From the NCBI GenBank assembly GCA_964508175.1, contig CAZDRU010000023.1:3451-67450 (forward strand): 64,000 nucleotides of DNA, given 5' to 3'. The stretch's first letter is position 1. Each line of letters opens with the position of its first letter. Positions 54,631 to 64,000 of the stretch are shown piece after piece. Made by a program: the position numbers and the translations under genes. Under the pieces are notes generated by a model. That model worked only from the letters and a program-made list of their open reading frames with translations. It did no database searches and was not told the DNA's origin. Origin of the DNA: an uncultured Dehalococcoidia bacterium (GTDB taxonomy: Bacteria; Chloroflexota; Dehalococcoidia; Lucifugimonadales; CAZDRU01).

Positions 54631-54774
54631 TAAAATATCCTTTTGTTTATAGTTTTTTATTTTATCAGGAATATATTTTTCCGCCATCTCATATTTGCAC
54701 TTAATTTTATTATGATATTATGCTTATATTAATTAAATTTCGTTTAGAAATTTATCTTTAAAGGAGAAAATATA

Positions 54775-56046
54775 GTGAAAGAACAATTGACGTTAATTAC
54801 AGGCAAGTTATTAATTGATGGGAATGGAGGTTCTCCTCTTGAAAATGGAGCAATATTAATTAAAGGAGATGTTATAGAGCAAGTAGGTTCAGTTGATTCA
54901 ATTAAATTATCTCCTAATGCTAATGTGAAAAAAATAAACTATAAAGATAAAACTTTATTGCCCGGATTAATCGATGGTCATGTTCACTTGAATGGATTTG
55001 GGGATGGAAGATCTGGCAATGATCTTGCTTTACTTCCTGATGAAATTTTAACATTACAATCAGCTAAAAATGCACAAACTCATTTATATTCTGGAGTAAC
55101 TACAGTTAGAGATTTAGGCGCAAAAAATAGAACATCTTTTTTATTAAGAGAAGCAATAAATATGGGCATTACTGTAGGTCCTAGACTTGTTTTATGTGGG
55201 CGTCCAATGGCTATTGTAGGGGGACATTTGAGCTATTTTGGAATAGAAGCAACTGGAATAGTTGAGTGTATACGAGAAGTTAGACAAAATATTAAAGAAG
55301 GGGCTGATTGTATAAAAATTACTGCTACTGGAGGAAGTACTAAAACTTCATTTCCTTTTCGACCTTCGTTTAATGTTGATGAAATGAAAGCTATAGTTAA
55401 TGAAGCACATAAATTTGGCAAACATACAGCAGCACATTGTGTTTCTTTACAAGGGATAAAAAATGCATTAGATGCTGGCATTGACACTTTAATTCATTGT
55501 GTATTTTTAGATGCTGAAGGAGCAGCAGCTCCTGATCTTGATGTTGTAAAACGTATTGCTGAACAAGGAATTTATGTTAATCCTACGTTATCTCAAAGTT
55601 TAGTTAGTATTAAAAATTTAGAAGAAAAATCTGAATTGACACCTGAGGAACAAAAATTATTGAATCAAATGAAAGGTAAGAAAGGAACCAATCACAGGCA
55701 ACCTCGCATAGATGAAACTAAAAAGATGGTTGAAATGGGAGTTAAGCTTATTGCCGGTTCTGATGCTTCTTGGCAATATTATCCTATGGGAGGATTTCAA
55801 TATGAACTTGAATCATTTGTTTATGAGGTTGGATTAACTCCAATGGAGGCTATAGTTTCAGCAACGAGAGATTGTGCACGTTCATTATGGATCGATAAAG
55901 AAATAGGAACTCTAGAAAAAGGTAAAAAAGCTGATATTTTAATTGTTGATGGAGATCCATCGAAAGATATTAAAAAATTATGGAATATTGAAGAAGTTTT
56001 TTTGGGAGGTAATCCTGTATTACCTACTGACAATACTATACGTTAA
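54775..56046 (+). CDS. metal-dependent amidohydrolase family protein
   Basis: PGLIDGHVHL, HCVS, GSDA and KADILIVDGDP motifs. GTG start after AAAGGAG. Confidence 0.8.
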   Translation: MKEQLTLITGKLLIDGNGGSPLENGAILIKGDVIEQVGSVDSIKLSPNANVKKINYKDKTLLPGLIDGHVHLNGFGDGRSGNDLALLPDEILTLQSAKNAQTHLYSGVTTVRDLGAKNRTSFLLREAINMGITVGPRLVLCGRPMAIVGGHLSYFGIEATGIVECIREVRQNIKEGADCIKITATGGSTKTSFPFRPSFNVDEMKAIVNEAHKFGKHTAAHCVSLQGIKNALDAGIDTLIHCVFLDAEGAAAPDLDVVKRIAEQGIYVNPTLSQSLVSIKNLEEKSELTPEEQKLLNQMKGKKGTNHRQPRIDETKKMVEMGVKLIAGSDASWQYYPMGGFQYELESFVYEVGLTPMEAIVSATRDCARSLWIDKEIGTLEKGKKADILIVDGDPSKDIKKLWNIEEVFLGGNPVLPTDNTIR

Positions 56047-56108
56047 AAGGAAGTTTATTGAATAATAATCAAATTGGTCGATAGACTTGTTTATGTGGAG
56101 ATGAAATT

Positions 56109-56615
56109 TTGATACGAGAATTTGATAATGTTAAACCAAACATTGCTTCTAGCGTTTTTGTTTCTGAAAAAGCTTATATTGTTGGCAAAGTAAATATTGG
56201 TGATTATTCGAGTGTTTGGCCAAATGTTGTTATACGTGGAGATAATGCTTCTATTGAAATTGGTTCAGGAGTAAATATTCAAGATAATTCAGTAATTCAT
56301 GCTGATTCCGATGCTTTTTATGGAAATTATGTTACGGTTGGTCATGGAGTTATATGTCATGCTAAACGAGTGGATAATTTTGTATTAATAGGAAATGGAG
56401 CAATTATTAATGATGGAGTTTCTATCGGAGAATATTCGATTATTGGAGCAGGGGCAGTTGTTTTAGAAAATGTAGAAATTCCTCCACAATCTTTAGTTTT
56501 AGGTATTCCAGCTCAAGTTAAGTCTCCAATACTTGAAAAACATGAAGAATTAATTAAATCAACGGCAAATTCATATATAAGTAAATCAAGAAAATATTTA
56601 GAACTAGGATTATAA
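56109..56615 (+). CDS. gamma-carbonic-anhydrase-like / hexapeptide-repeat (LbH) protein
   Basis: SVWPNVVIRGD, IQDNSVIH and VGHGVICH match the YrdA/PaaY-type left-handed beta-helix. TTG start. Confidence 0.8.
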   Translation: MIREFDNVKPNIASSVFVSEKAYIVGKVNIGDYSSVWPNVVIRGDNASIEIGSGVNIQDNSVIHADSDAFYGNYVTVGHGVICHAKRVDNFVLIGNGAIINDGVSIGEYSIIGAGAVVLENVEIPPQSLVLGIPAQVKSPILEKHEELIKSTANSYISKSRKYLELGL

Positions 56616-56637
56616 ATAGTATAAAGGTTGGTCGATT

Positions 56638-57099
56638 ATGAAATTAAAACAAGGTGATGTTGCTCCATTATTTTCATTGCAATCTACATCTGGTAAAGAA
56701 GTAGATCTTATTAGTCTTAGAGGTTCTAAGGTTCTTTTATATTTTTATCCTAAAGATGACACTCCTGGCTGTACTATTGAGGCATGTGAGTTTAGAGATT
56801 TAAATGAGAAATTAAAAAAAGCAGGAGTTCTTATTTTTGGAATCAGCGCTGATAATATTAAAAGTCACGAGAAATTCCGCACAAAATTTTCGTTAAATTT
56901 TCATTTACTATTTGATAAAGATAAAGAAATTTCACGTACTTATGATGTGCTAATAAAAAAGAAGATGTATGGTAGGGAATATATGGGAATAGGACGAATC
57001 AGTTTTTTAATTGACGAAGAGGGTAAGATAGAAAAAATTTGGAATCCTGTAGATCCAAATGGGCATGCTCAAGAGGTTCTAGATTTAGTTATAAAATAA
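56638..57099 (+). CDS. bcp: thioredoxin-dependent thiol peroxidase (peroxiredoxin Bcp)
   Basis: YFYPKDDTPGCTIEAC active site. Confidence 0.9.
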   Translation: MKLKQGDVAPLFSLQSTSGKEVDLISLRGSKVLLYFYPKDDTPGCTIEACEFRDLNEKLKKAGVLIFGISADNIKSHEKFRTKFSLNFHLLFDKDKEISRTYDVLIKKKMYGREYMGIGRISFLIDEEGKIEKIWNPVDPNGHAQEVLDLVIK

Positions 57100-57128
57100 A
57101 GGGTGTTAATGTAGATTTCAGGGTTGTT

Positions 57129-57203
57129 TGGAGCGGGAGAAGGGGATCGAACCCTCGGCATTCTGCTTGGAAAGCAGAAGCTCTACCACTGAGCTACTCC
57201 CGC
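57129..57203 (-). tRNA. tRNA-Gly (anticodon TCC), CCA encoded
   Basis: The reverse complement reads GCGGGAG-TA-GCTC..GAGC-T-TCTGC-TTTCCAA-GCAGA..GAGGG-TTCGATC-CCCTT-CTCCCGC-T-CCA. It lies 11 nt downstream of hppA. Confidence 0.9.
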
Positions 57204-57214
57204 CTAATTTCAGT

Positions 57215-59293
57215 CTATTTTATCAAACTTCCTACTTGTAATAATAGAGGGGCAAAAACTAAACTTACTATAGACATAAGTTTTATTAATATATTTAATG
57301 AAGGTCCAGAAGTATCTTTGAATGGATCTCCTACTACATCTCCAGTAACACCAGCTTTATGAGATTCAGACCCTTTTCCACCAAAATTCCCTAATTCAAT
57401 ATATTTTTTTGCGTTATCCCATGCTCCACCAGAATTTGACATTGTTACTGCTAAGAGAAATCCTGATGCGACAGAACCGAAAAGTAATCCTGCTAGAGCT
57501 TCTACTCCTAGTAAAAATCCTATAAATAAGGGAGCGACAATTGCAAGAATACCAGGTAAAATCATTTCTTTAAGTGATCCAGTAGTGCTGATTTCTACAC
57601 ATTTTACGTAATCTGGACTTGCTGTTCCTTTCATTATTCCTGGTATTTCTCTAAATTGCCTTCTTACTTCATTTACTATTGCAAAGGCGGCTCTGCCAAC
57701 TGCGTTAATTGTCATTGCACTGAATAGAAATGGCAACATTGCTCCAAATAAAAGACCAACAGCAGTTTTTACTTGGAGTAAATCTACAGTTTTAATTTCT
57801 GCTAATTGTGCATAGGCAGCAAGTAAAGCTAAAGCTGTAAGTGCTGCAGATCCTATAGCAAATCCTTTTCCTGTTGCAGCTGTAGTGTTTCCGAGTGCAT
57901 CTAACGTATCAGTTCTTGTTCTTACTTCTTCTTTTAGATTAGATTGTTCTGCAATTCCACCTGCATTATCAGCTACTGGCCCATAAGCATCTGTAGCCAA
58001 AGTGATTCCTAATGTAGATAACATTCCAACTCCAGCGAGAGCAATTGCATAAAATCCTAAATTAGAATTTATTGAAGAACCTAGGGTATATGAAAGTAAA
58101 ATACCTGTTCCAATAACAATTATTGGAATTAAAGTGCTTTGCATTCCAGTAGAGATTCCTTGTAAAATTATTGTAGCAGCGCCAGTTTGGCTTGCTTCGG
58201 CAATTTTTTGCGTAGGTTTATAGTTATAAGAAGTATAATATTCTGTAGTATTTCCGATTATAATACCAGCTATTAATCCAGTGAGAATAATCCAGAAAAT
58301 TCGAAAATCTAAGTTTAATATTAATATTCCTGCAAGAGCAAGTATAATGACTAATATTGCAGAAGTGTAAATACCTCTTCTTAATGACCATAGTAGATTA
58401 CCAAAATCTGCTTTTTCTTTAGTTCTTACTACTAGTGTTCCCAGCATTGAAGCAACTATTCCTCCAGTAGCTACTAAAATTGGAATGAGTACATATCCCA
58501 TAGATTCTTGATTTAAGGTTGAAAGAGTTGCTCCACTAACAGCAGCAAGTGTAATAGTTGCTATGATTGCTCCAGCATAAGATTCAAAAAGATCTGCTCC
58601 CATACCAGCAACATCTCCGACATTATCTCCGACATTATCTGCTATAACCGCAGGATTTCTAGGGTCATCTTCTGGGATTCCTGCTTCAACTTTTCCTACG
58701 AGGTCAGCCCCAACGTCTGCTGCTTTTGTATAAATGCCTCCTCCGACTCTTGAAAAAAGAGCAATTGAAGATGCTCCAAGTCCGAAACCAGCAACGAATC
58801 GTATATCTTGAAAGATCCAATACAATATAGTTATACCTAATAATCCTAATCCTACAACTGTTAATCCCATTACAGAACCACTTGAAAATGCTATTCTAAG
58901 AGCTTGATTTAAGCTTGTCATTGCTGAAGCAGTTGTCCTAACGTTCGCTCGTACAGCAATTGTCATGCCAATAAATCCTGCTAATCCTGAAGTTAATGCT
59001 CCAAAAATAAAAGACAAAGAAGTTTTTGGGAAATAAGTGTCATATTGTTTGAAATCTATAAAAAACCAAAGAATTACAAAAATTAATAATACAAAAGGTA
59101 TTAATGTTTTATATTCTCTTTTTAGAAAAGCAGATGCGCCAATTTTTATTGATTCACCAATTGCTTCTATTTTTTTATTTCCCGTTGGAGCTTTTGTGAT
59201 GCGTAATGCAAGTATTGCTGCAAAAAGTAAAGCTACAATTCCCATTACTATTGCTATAGAAAAAATAACTACTAAATCGATTTCTGTTTTCAT
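57215..59293 (-). CDS. hppA: membrane-bound pyrophosphate-energised cation pump (K+-dependent type by the GNTTAA motif)
   Basis: 692 aa, polytopic. GGIYTKAADVGADLVGK, DNVGDNVGD and GNTTAATGKGFAIGSA. Ala rather than Lys after GNTT is the established marker of K+-dependent enzymes. H+ versus Na+ specificity cannot be called. Confidence 0.9.
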   Translation of the reverse strand: MKTEIDLVVIFSIAIVMGIVALLFAAILALRITKAPTGNKKIEAIGESIKIGASAFLKREYKTLIPFVLLIFVILWFFIDFKQYDTYFPKTSLSFIFGALTSGLAGFIGMTIAVRANVRTTASAMTSLNQALRIAFSSGSVMGLTVVGLGLLGITILYWIFQDIRFVAGFGLGASSIALFSRVGGGIYTKAADVGADLVGKVEAGIPEDDPRNPAVIADNVGDNVGDVAGMGADLFESYAGAIIATITLAAVSGATLSTLNQESMGYVLIPILVATGGIVASMLGTLVVRTKEKADFGNLLWSLRRGIYTSAILVIILALAGILILNLDFRIFWIILTGLIAGIIIGNTTEYYTSYNYKPTQKIAEASQTGAATIILQGISTGMQSTLIPIIVIGTGILLSYTLGSSINSNLGFYAIALAGVGMLSTLGITLATDAYGPVADNAGGIAEQSNLKEEVRTRTDTLDALGNTTAATGKGFAIGSAALTALALLAAYAQLAEIKTVDLLQVKTAVGLLFGAMLPFLFSAMTINAVGRAAFAIVNEVRRQFREIPGIMKGTASPDYVKCVEISTTGSLKEMILPGILAIVAPLFIGFLLGVEALAGLLFGSVASGFLLAVTMSNSGGAWDNAKKYIELGNFGGKGSESHKAGVTGDVVGDPFKDTSGPSLNILIKLMSIVSLVFAPLLLQVGSLIK

Positions 59294-59358
59294 TTTATTC
59301 GACCTCTGTTTTTATAGGATAACAAGACTATTTATCTAACAGGAAAATCTTAATACTG

Positions 59359-60021
59359 TCAAGAATAGGAATGATAGTTTTTTAAATTAGGATAGTCATT
59401 AATTTTTGAAATAATTTCTTTAGTATATTGCTGAGGATTATCAGATAGAGATATCGCACTACTTATACAAATCAAACTGACACCAGTCATTAACACTTCA
59501 GTAATATTGGTTAGATTTATGCCTCCTATTGCTGCTATTGGTTTAGATATTATTTTAGTTGCTTTTTTAAGTGTTAATGGTCCAGTTAATTCAATGTTTT
59601 TTTTAGTTTTAGTTGGATAAATTGAACCTATAGCAATATAATCAGAACCTTGTTTTTCTGATTCGATTGCTTGTTCTAATGTTACATTTGAAGTTCCTAA
59701 AATTTTATTTGGACCTAATAGTTCTTTTGCTTCTAAGAATGGAAAATCTGTTTGTCCAAGATGTAATCCATCAGTTGATAAAGTTAGTGCAATATCTATG
59801 TGATCGTTAATTATGAAAGTTGCATTGTAAGATTTACATAATGTTTGAATTTTTTTTGCTAATTCTAATTTCTTTCTTATATCATCACTTTTATCTCTAA
59901 GTTGTAATAATTTCACTCCTCCTTTTAGTGTTTCAGTTGCAATTTTTATAGGATGCTGATTTTTACACACACTAGGATCTAAAATAAAATAAAGAGAAGG
60001 ATATTGTTTTAATTTTTCCAA
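59359..60021 (-). CDS. thiE: thiamine-phosphate synthase
   Basis: LYFILDPS, LQLRDK, DGLHLGQ and AIGGI motifs. Confidence 0.85.
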   Translation of the reverse strand: MEKLKQYPSLYFILDPSVCKNQHPIKIATETLKGGVKLLQLRDKSDDIRKKLELAKKIQTLCKSYNATFIINDHIDIALTLSTDGLHLGQTDFPFLEAKELLGPNKILGTSNVTLEQAIESEKQGSDYIAIGSIYPTKTKKNIELTGPLTLKKATKIISKPIAAIGGINLTNITEVLMTGVSLICISSAISLSDNPQQYTKEIISKINDYPNLKNYHSYS

Positions 60022-60024
60022 ATT

Positions 60025-60690
60025 TCATATCTCCTTTTGATTGTTTATTAATAGTGATTTTATTGGTTCAAAAGTTTTTCTATGTATGGGGCTAGGCCCT
60101 AACATTTTTATTTTTTCGATATGATCTTTTGTTCCATATCCTTTATGTTTTGCAAAATCGTATTTAGGGTATTGAATATCAACTTTATTCATAATGATAT
60201 CTCTTGAAACTTTAGCAATGATCGAAGCAGCGGCAATAGAAAAACTTTTAGTGTCTCCTTTCGTGATTCCTTTGCAAAGAATACCTGGTATTTCAAAGAA
60301 ATCAATAAGGGTATAATCACTTTTTACGGATAAGTTTTTTAAAGCTCTTTTCATTGCTTCTATTGAGGCGATAGATATTCCCAATGTATCTATTTCTTTT
60401 GCCGAAGCTTGTCCTAGTCCCCAACTAACACAATTGTTTTTTATTTTTTCATAAAGTTGTAAACGAATAGACGATGAAAGTTTTTTGCTATCATTAATTA
60501 AATCTGCAGAATTAAATGAATTATTTTTGTTTTGGTCAAATATCACTGCTGCTGCGACTACTGGACCTGCTAAAGGACCTCTTCCTGCTTCATCAACTCC
60601 GGCAATATTTTTGTATCCTTTGTTCCAAAGAGATTTTTCAATTTCTAATGTTGGACGTGGAAGTATGGATTGTAGTTTTGGTTTTGCCAT
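60025..60690 (-). CDS. rnhB: ribonuclease HII
   Basis: [27 protein letters not shown] and [11 protein letters not shown] motifs. Confidence 0.9.
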   Translation of the reverse strand: MAKPKLQSILPRPTLEIEKSLWNKGYKNIAGVDEAGRGPLAGPVVAAAVIFDQNKNNSFNSADLINDSKKLSSSIRLQLYEKIKNNCVSWGLGQASAKEIDTLGISIASIEAMKRALKNLSVKSDYTLIDFFEIPGILCKGITKGDTKSFSIAAASIIAKVSRDIIMNKVDIQYPKYDFAKHKGYGTKDHIEKIKMLGPSPIHRKTFEPIKSLLINNQKEI

Positions 60691-61828
60691 TGAATAAAAA
60701 TTCCTTTTGAATATTACTAGACAAATTATATTGATGATTTTTAGGATTTTCTATGATTTGAGCTCCACCTATTAATTGATCTCCTTGATAAAAGACTATT
60801 GCTTGTCCTGGAGTTATTGAAGTTCCAACGTTATCAAGTGTGACAGTAATTGTTTTATCATTATTTGAGTGAAGAGTGCCGTGAATTTCATTAGAAGTAT
60901 AACGAGTTTTTACGGTAATTTTATTAGATAATGGAGGAGTTCCAGAAATATAATTTACATTATTGGCCCATATGATAGTTGATTCTAAATCTGTTTTATT
61001 TCCAATTGCAATTTCTTTAGTTTTTGGATTAATTTTAATTACATATTTTGGTTTGTTTGATTCAATTCCTAATCCTTTTCGTTGTCCAATAGTAAAATAT
61101 TCTATTCCATTGTGTTTTCCTAACACTTTTCCTGTTTTTATATCTACAATATTTCCTTCATTTTTAAGTTTATATTTGGAAATAAAATCATGATAATTTC
61201 CAGATGGAATGAAGCAAATATCCTGACTATCGGGTTTTCCAGCATTTGGAAATCCTAAATGATTAGCTAAATTTCTGATTTCATCTTTTTCATACCAACC
61301 TACTGGCATGAGAGTTGTAGAAAGTTGTTCTTGAGTCATTTTGTATAGTGCGTAAGTCTGGTCTTTATTTTTTGATAAAGCTTTATAAAGATAGAAATGT
61401 CCTTTTTTCTTTATGATTCGAGCGTAATGTCCGGTTACTATGAATTTTGTTCCAAGAGCTTGTGCTCGTTTTCTTAAAAAACTAAATTTTATTTTATCGT
61501 TGCATTCAATACAGGGATGAGGAGTTTTACCATTTTGATATTCGGCTGTAAAGTAATTGATCACATTTTCTTTAAATTCTTTTTGGATATTAAATACATA
61601 ATGAGGAACGTTAAGGATATTACACACTCTTCGAGCATCTTCAATGTCGTCAATAGTACAACATCCTTGGCGGTTGGAAGTAGGGTTTTGATTTATATAA
61701 TCATATAACTTCATCGTTACGCCAATTACGTTATAACCTTTTTCCTTCATAAGATAAGCGGCGATAGATGAATCTACTCCTCCGCTCATTGCAACTAAAA
61801 CTGTTTGTGCATTTAACATTGTTCCCAT
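60638..61828 (-). CDS. mnmA: tRNA 2-thiouridine(34) synthase
   Basis: [12 protein letters not shown]-loop, [14 protein letters not shown] and GHYAR motifs. A C-terminal ~35-aa tail overlaps rnhB by 53 nt. Confidence 0.9.
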   Translation of the reverse strand: MGTMLNAQTVLVAMSGGVDSSIAAYLMKEKGYNVIGVTMKLYDYINQNPTSNRQGCCTIDDIEDARRVCNILNVPHYVFNIQKEFKENVINYFTAEYQNGKTPHPCIECNDKIKFSFLRKRAQALGTKFIVTGHYARIIKKKGHFYLYKALSKNKDQTYALYKMTQEQLSTTLMPVGWYEKDEIRNLANHLGFPNAGKPDSQDICFIPSGNYHDFISKYKLKNEGNIVDIKTGKVLGKHNGIEYFTIGQRKGLGIESNKPKYVIKINPKTKEIAIGNKTDLESTIIWANNVNYISGTPPLSNKITVKTRYTSNEIHGTLHSNNDKTITVTLDNVGTSITPGQAIVFYQGDQLIGGAQIIENPKNHQYNLSSNIQKEFLFNGKTKTTIHTSTSNIRN

Positions 61829-61954
61829 GATTTAAAGCGTAACATGGCTATTATTTTTCTTCAATTGATATAGGTGTTTTATGAATAGCAAAGTGTATTT
61901 TTATTTCTTATAGAGTTATAATTTTGTTTTAAATTTAAATCTTTCGGGGATAAT

Positions 61955-62302
61955 TTGATTGATAATGAGACAATTGCTAAAAAGATTGCATTTAAGGCGT
62001 CACAAGATAATGCTCATGATGTAGCTTTATTAGAACTTGGAGAAGACGTATTATTTACAGATTATTTTTTGGTTTTAACTGTTGATTCTATTAGACAATT
62101 AGAAGCAATAGTTGAAGATTTAGCATACGAATTTAGTAAATTATCAAATAATACAGTTAAAAGTGAAGGTTCATCTGAATCTGGTTGGGTTTTATTAGAT
62201 TGTGAATGGCTAATTATTCACATTTTTATTAATGAATCGAGAGAATTTTACAGATTAGATGAATTTTGGATTAATAGTCGTGAGATTATTCGGATTCTAT
62301 AA
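61955..62302 (+). CDS. rsfS: ribosome silencing factor RsfS (iojap-like)
   Basis: TDYFLVLT, WVLLDC, IIHIF and REFYRLDEFW motifs. TTG start. Confidence 0.85.
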   Translation: MIDNETIAKKIAFKASQDNAHDVALLELGEDVLFTDYFLVLTVDSIRQLEAIVEDLAYEFSKLSNNTVKSEGSSESGWVLLDCEWLIIHIFINESREFYRLDEFWINSREIIRIL

Positions 62303-62741
62303 TCCATGGTTCAATTGTTGGTCTATATTTTATTATTTCAGATTTATTAAAAAAAAGATTAATTTCTTTTTTTGCATTTTCTGTTGAATCAGAACCATGT
62401 ACAAGGTTTCTTCCAATAGTTGAAGCTAAATCTCCACGAATTGTTCCAAGTTCTGCAGTTGAAGGATCAGTTACTCCCATTAAGTTTCGTATATTTGTAA
62501 TAGCTTGTTCTCCTTCCCATACCATAGCAAGGCTAGGACCAGAAGTTATAAATTCTACTAAACTGTCAAAAAAAGGTTTTCCTTTATGGATTGCATAATG
62601 AGTTTTAGCAAGCTTAGTATTGATGTGAATTAATTTACAAGCAATACATTTTAAGCCTTTTTGTTCAAGGCGACTAATAATTTCTCCAATTAGGTTACGT
62701 TGTATTCCGTCAGGCTTTATTAAAACTAGACTTGCTTCCAT
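62286..62741 (-). CDS. ndk: nucleoside-diphosphate kinase
   Basis: LVLIKPDG, NLVHGSDS (active-site His). The start at 62741 (MEASLVLIKPDG) follows AGGAG. The ORF-track N-terminal extension would overlap tsaB. Confidence 0.9.
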   Translation of the reverse strand: MEASLVLIKPDGIQRNLIGEIISRLEQKGLKCIACKLIHINTKLAKTHYAIHKGKPFFDSLVEFITSGPSLAMVWEGEQAITNIRNLMGVTDPSTAELGTIRGDLASTIGRNLVHGSDSTENAKKEINLFFNKSEIIKYRPTIEPWIIESE

Positions 62742-62745
62742 TATA

Positions 62746-63429
62746 TTACTCCTTTTTTTTATTAATACTTGGTTCTTGAGAATAGTTTGGAGTAAGAGTA
62801 TCTGGATCCGAGTATTCTCCATTATTGATCTTTATTTTACCAAGCATTGTAATTGCAAAAAGTCTTGAATTTGCAGGATATGATTGTTTAATTAAGATAT
62901 TCTTGTTTATTTTCCCTGTTTTTTGAAATGATTCAAGATCTATTGCGTTTTCTCCACAGACAATCGATTTTTCTGTTAAGTTTGCTATGATTTCTTCTAG
63001 AGATGATATTTCAGTTTTTTTAATTGTTGTTATTTGATTGTTTATACTTTTAAAAATACTCCATGCATAACGATGTCTCCCTACTTTAATTATGGGATAA
63101 AGATTTGTATCATCATAAGAACAAGCGAAAGCTTCTGCTTCAAGAGAATTAATTCCTATAATAGGTATATTCATTCCAAAGCTAAATCCTTTTGCAAAAC
63201 TAATTCCTGTCCTTAATGAACTAAAAAGCCCCGGTCCAATTGAAACTGCGATAGCAGTTATATCTTTAACAGTAGTTTTTGATAATTCGAAAATACTTTT
63301 AACGCTTTGAGCGAGAGAAGTAGTATGATTGTTTTTAGATTGCCAGCTTACATTCCAATGATTGTTTTCATTATCAATTAAAGCAGTTCCTGCTATTTGA
63401 CTCGATGTATCTAGTCCTAAAATATTCAT
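62746..63429 (-). CDS. tsaB: tRNA t6A37 biosynthesis protein TsaB (YeaZ)
   Basis: ILGLDTSS, GPGLFSSLRTGISFAKG. Confidence 0.85.
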   Translation of the reverse strand: MNILGLDTSSQIAGTALIDNENNHWNVSWQSKNNHTTSLAQSVKSIFELSKTTVKDITAIAVSIGPGLFSSLRTGISFAKGFSFGMNIPIIGINSLEAEAFACSYDDTNLYPIIKVGRHRYAWSIFKSINNQITTIKKTEISSLEEIIANLTEKSIVCGENAIDLESFQKTGKINKNILIKQSYPANSRLFAITMLGKIKINNGEYSDPDTLTPNYSQEPSINKKKE

Positions 63430-63905
63430 GTTATAAAATTATCTTCCAATTTTTTCAATATTTTATTATAGCGTTGATGAGAACTAGATAGTGTAATTTT
63501 ACGGGTATTATTTTGTTTTGAGTATTTAATGTTAATATTTAGACTTTCTTCTGGAAATTCTTCAAAAGCTTTATTTGCCCATTCTACTGCAATAATGCCA
63601 TCGTCTAGTTGTAAATCATAAAGTCCAAGTTGTGAAAGTTCTTCAGTTTTATCTATTCGATATAGATCTACATGATGTAATTTAAATTTTCCTTCATATG
63701 ATTTAACAATAACAAAAGTTGGACTTGAAACTACATCTAAAATATTTAATCCTAGTCCAATTCCTTTTACTATTTGGGTTTTGCCAACTCCAAGTGATCC
63801 ATTTAATAAAATGCAATCTCCTGGTTGAACCGATTTTCCAATTTCAATGCCAATTTTTATAGTAGTTTCTAAGTTTTTACTGGTAATTATTAAAGGTGTT
63901 TTCAT
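63426..63905 (-). CDS. tsaE: tRNA t6A37 biosynthesis ATPase TsaE (YjeE)
   Basis: LNGSLGVGKTQIVKG Walker A, SPTFVIV and HVDLYR motifs. The start at 63905 forms an ATGA overlap with the upstream gene's stop. Confidence 0.85.
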   Translation of the reverse strand: MKTPLIITSKNLETTIKIGIEIGKSVQPGDCILLNGSLGVGKTQIVKGIGLGLNILDVVSSPTFVIVKSYEGKFKLHHVDLYRIDKTEELSQLGLYDLQLDDGIIAVEWANKAFEEFPEESLNINIKYSKQNNTRKITLSSSHQRYNKILKKLEDNFIT

Positions 63906-64000
63906 TTGAAAGGATCCCATCCTTGAATTTTTATATTTTTTGCATGAACTCCATTTTGTAGAATTCTTATAGGAGTTTTATTTTTTTGTCGAATTTTACC
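63902..64000 (-). CDS. 3' end of a CDS truncated by the window edge; possibly thiamine-monophosphate kinase
   Basis: An open frame runs to the window edge: ...GKIRQKNKTPIRILQNGVHAKNIKIQGWDPFK-stop. The G-W-D-x-F tail and the position upstream of tsaE recall ThiL. This is weak evidence. Confidence 0.3.
   Translation of the reverse strand, partial: GKIRQKNKTPIRILQNGVHAKNIKIQGWDPFK

Noticed and set aside
62742-62822. The 27-aa N-terminal extension of ndk in the ORF track.
   Set aside because: It overlaps the 3' end of tsaB. The canonical Ndk N-terminus (MEASLVLIKPDG) starts at 62741, directly after an AGGAG RBS.
1-64000. CRISPR arrays, transposases, integrases, prophage genes, toxin-antitoxin pairs or known defence-system signatures.
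   Set aside because: On reading both strands, none was visible. There are no regularly spaced repeats, and no ORF with DDE, tyrosine or serine recombinase, Cas, restriction-modification or Abi-type motifs.

Overview
Low-GC bacterial chromosomal segment: hand counts on a few 60-nt stretches give about 28-40 % GC in most genes. It is densely coding, with about 66 CDS, 6 complete tRNAs that all encode CCA, and one orphan tRNA 3'-half. I saw no CRISPR array, integrase, transposase, rRNA or recognisable defence genes.

Housekeeping content:
- A pyrR-pyrB-pyrC-carA-carB operon with a PyrR attenuator, divergent from pyrF.
- fbp, a class I aldolase and rdgB.
- moaA-rnhA-moaC, followed by a four-tRNA cluster.
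- A 4-domain S1 protein, a membrane pyrophosphatase, and mnmA-rnhB-thiE.
- rsfS, ndk, and tsaB-tsaE preceded by a possible thiL 3' end.

Accessory and catabolic content is paralogue-rich:
- Six SDRs, one MDR dehydrogenase and three xylose-isomerase-like TIM barrels.
- An enolase-superfamily dehydratase, an SMP-30 lactonase, a rhamnose mutarotase and a PhyH dioxygenase.
- An IlvD/Edd dehydratase, an ornithine-cyclodeaminase-family enzyme, two D-2-hydroxyacid dehydrogenases and two NHL-repeat proteins.

This gene content is reminiscent of marine heterotrophs such as SAR202-type Chloroflexota, but taxonomy cannot be established from this window.

Best candidates for undescribed biology:
1. A TPP-riboswitch-led thiZ-thiX-thiY-thiD pyrimidine-salvage operon that seems to carry an extra, pathway-unassigned TIM-barrel enzyme.
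2. An 880-aa membrane-anchored fusion of an NHL beta-propeller to a DUF1111-type di-haem (2x CxxCH) module.
3. A TetR-headed co-directional block ending in a signal-less DUF1501/DUF1800 pair plus an NHL protein that carries a recent 81-bp in-frame duplication.
4. A translationally coupled XdhC-MocA-adenylating-enzyme operon with no molybdoenzyme nearby.
5. A GC-elevated stretch containing an orphan tRNA 3'-half and a roughly 50 % GC GH42-like gene.
6. Unusual tRNA features: a genomically encoded Arg-GCG anticodon and G56 in tRNA-Val.

All family assignments come from motif recognition by eye and need HMM or BLAST confirmation.
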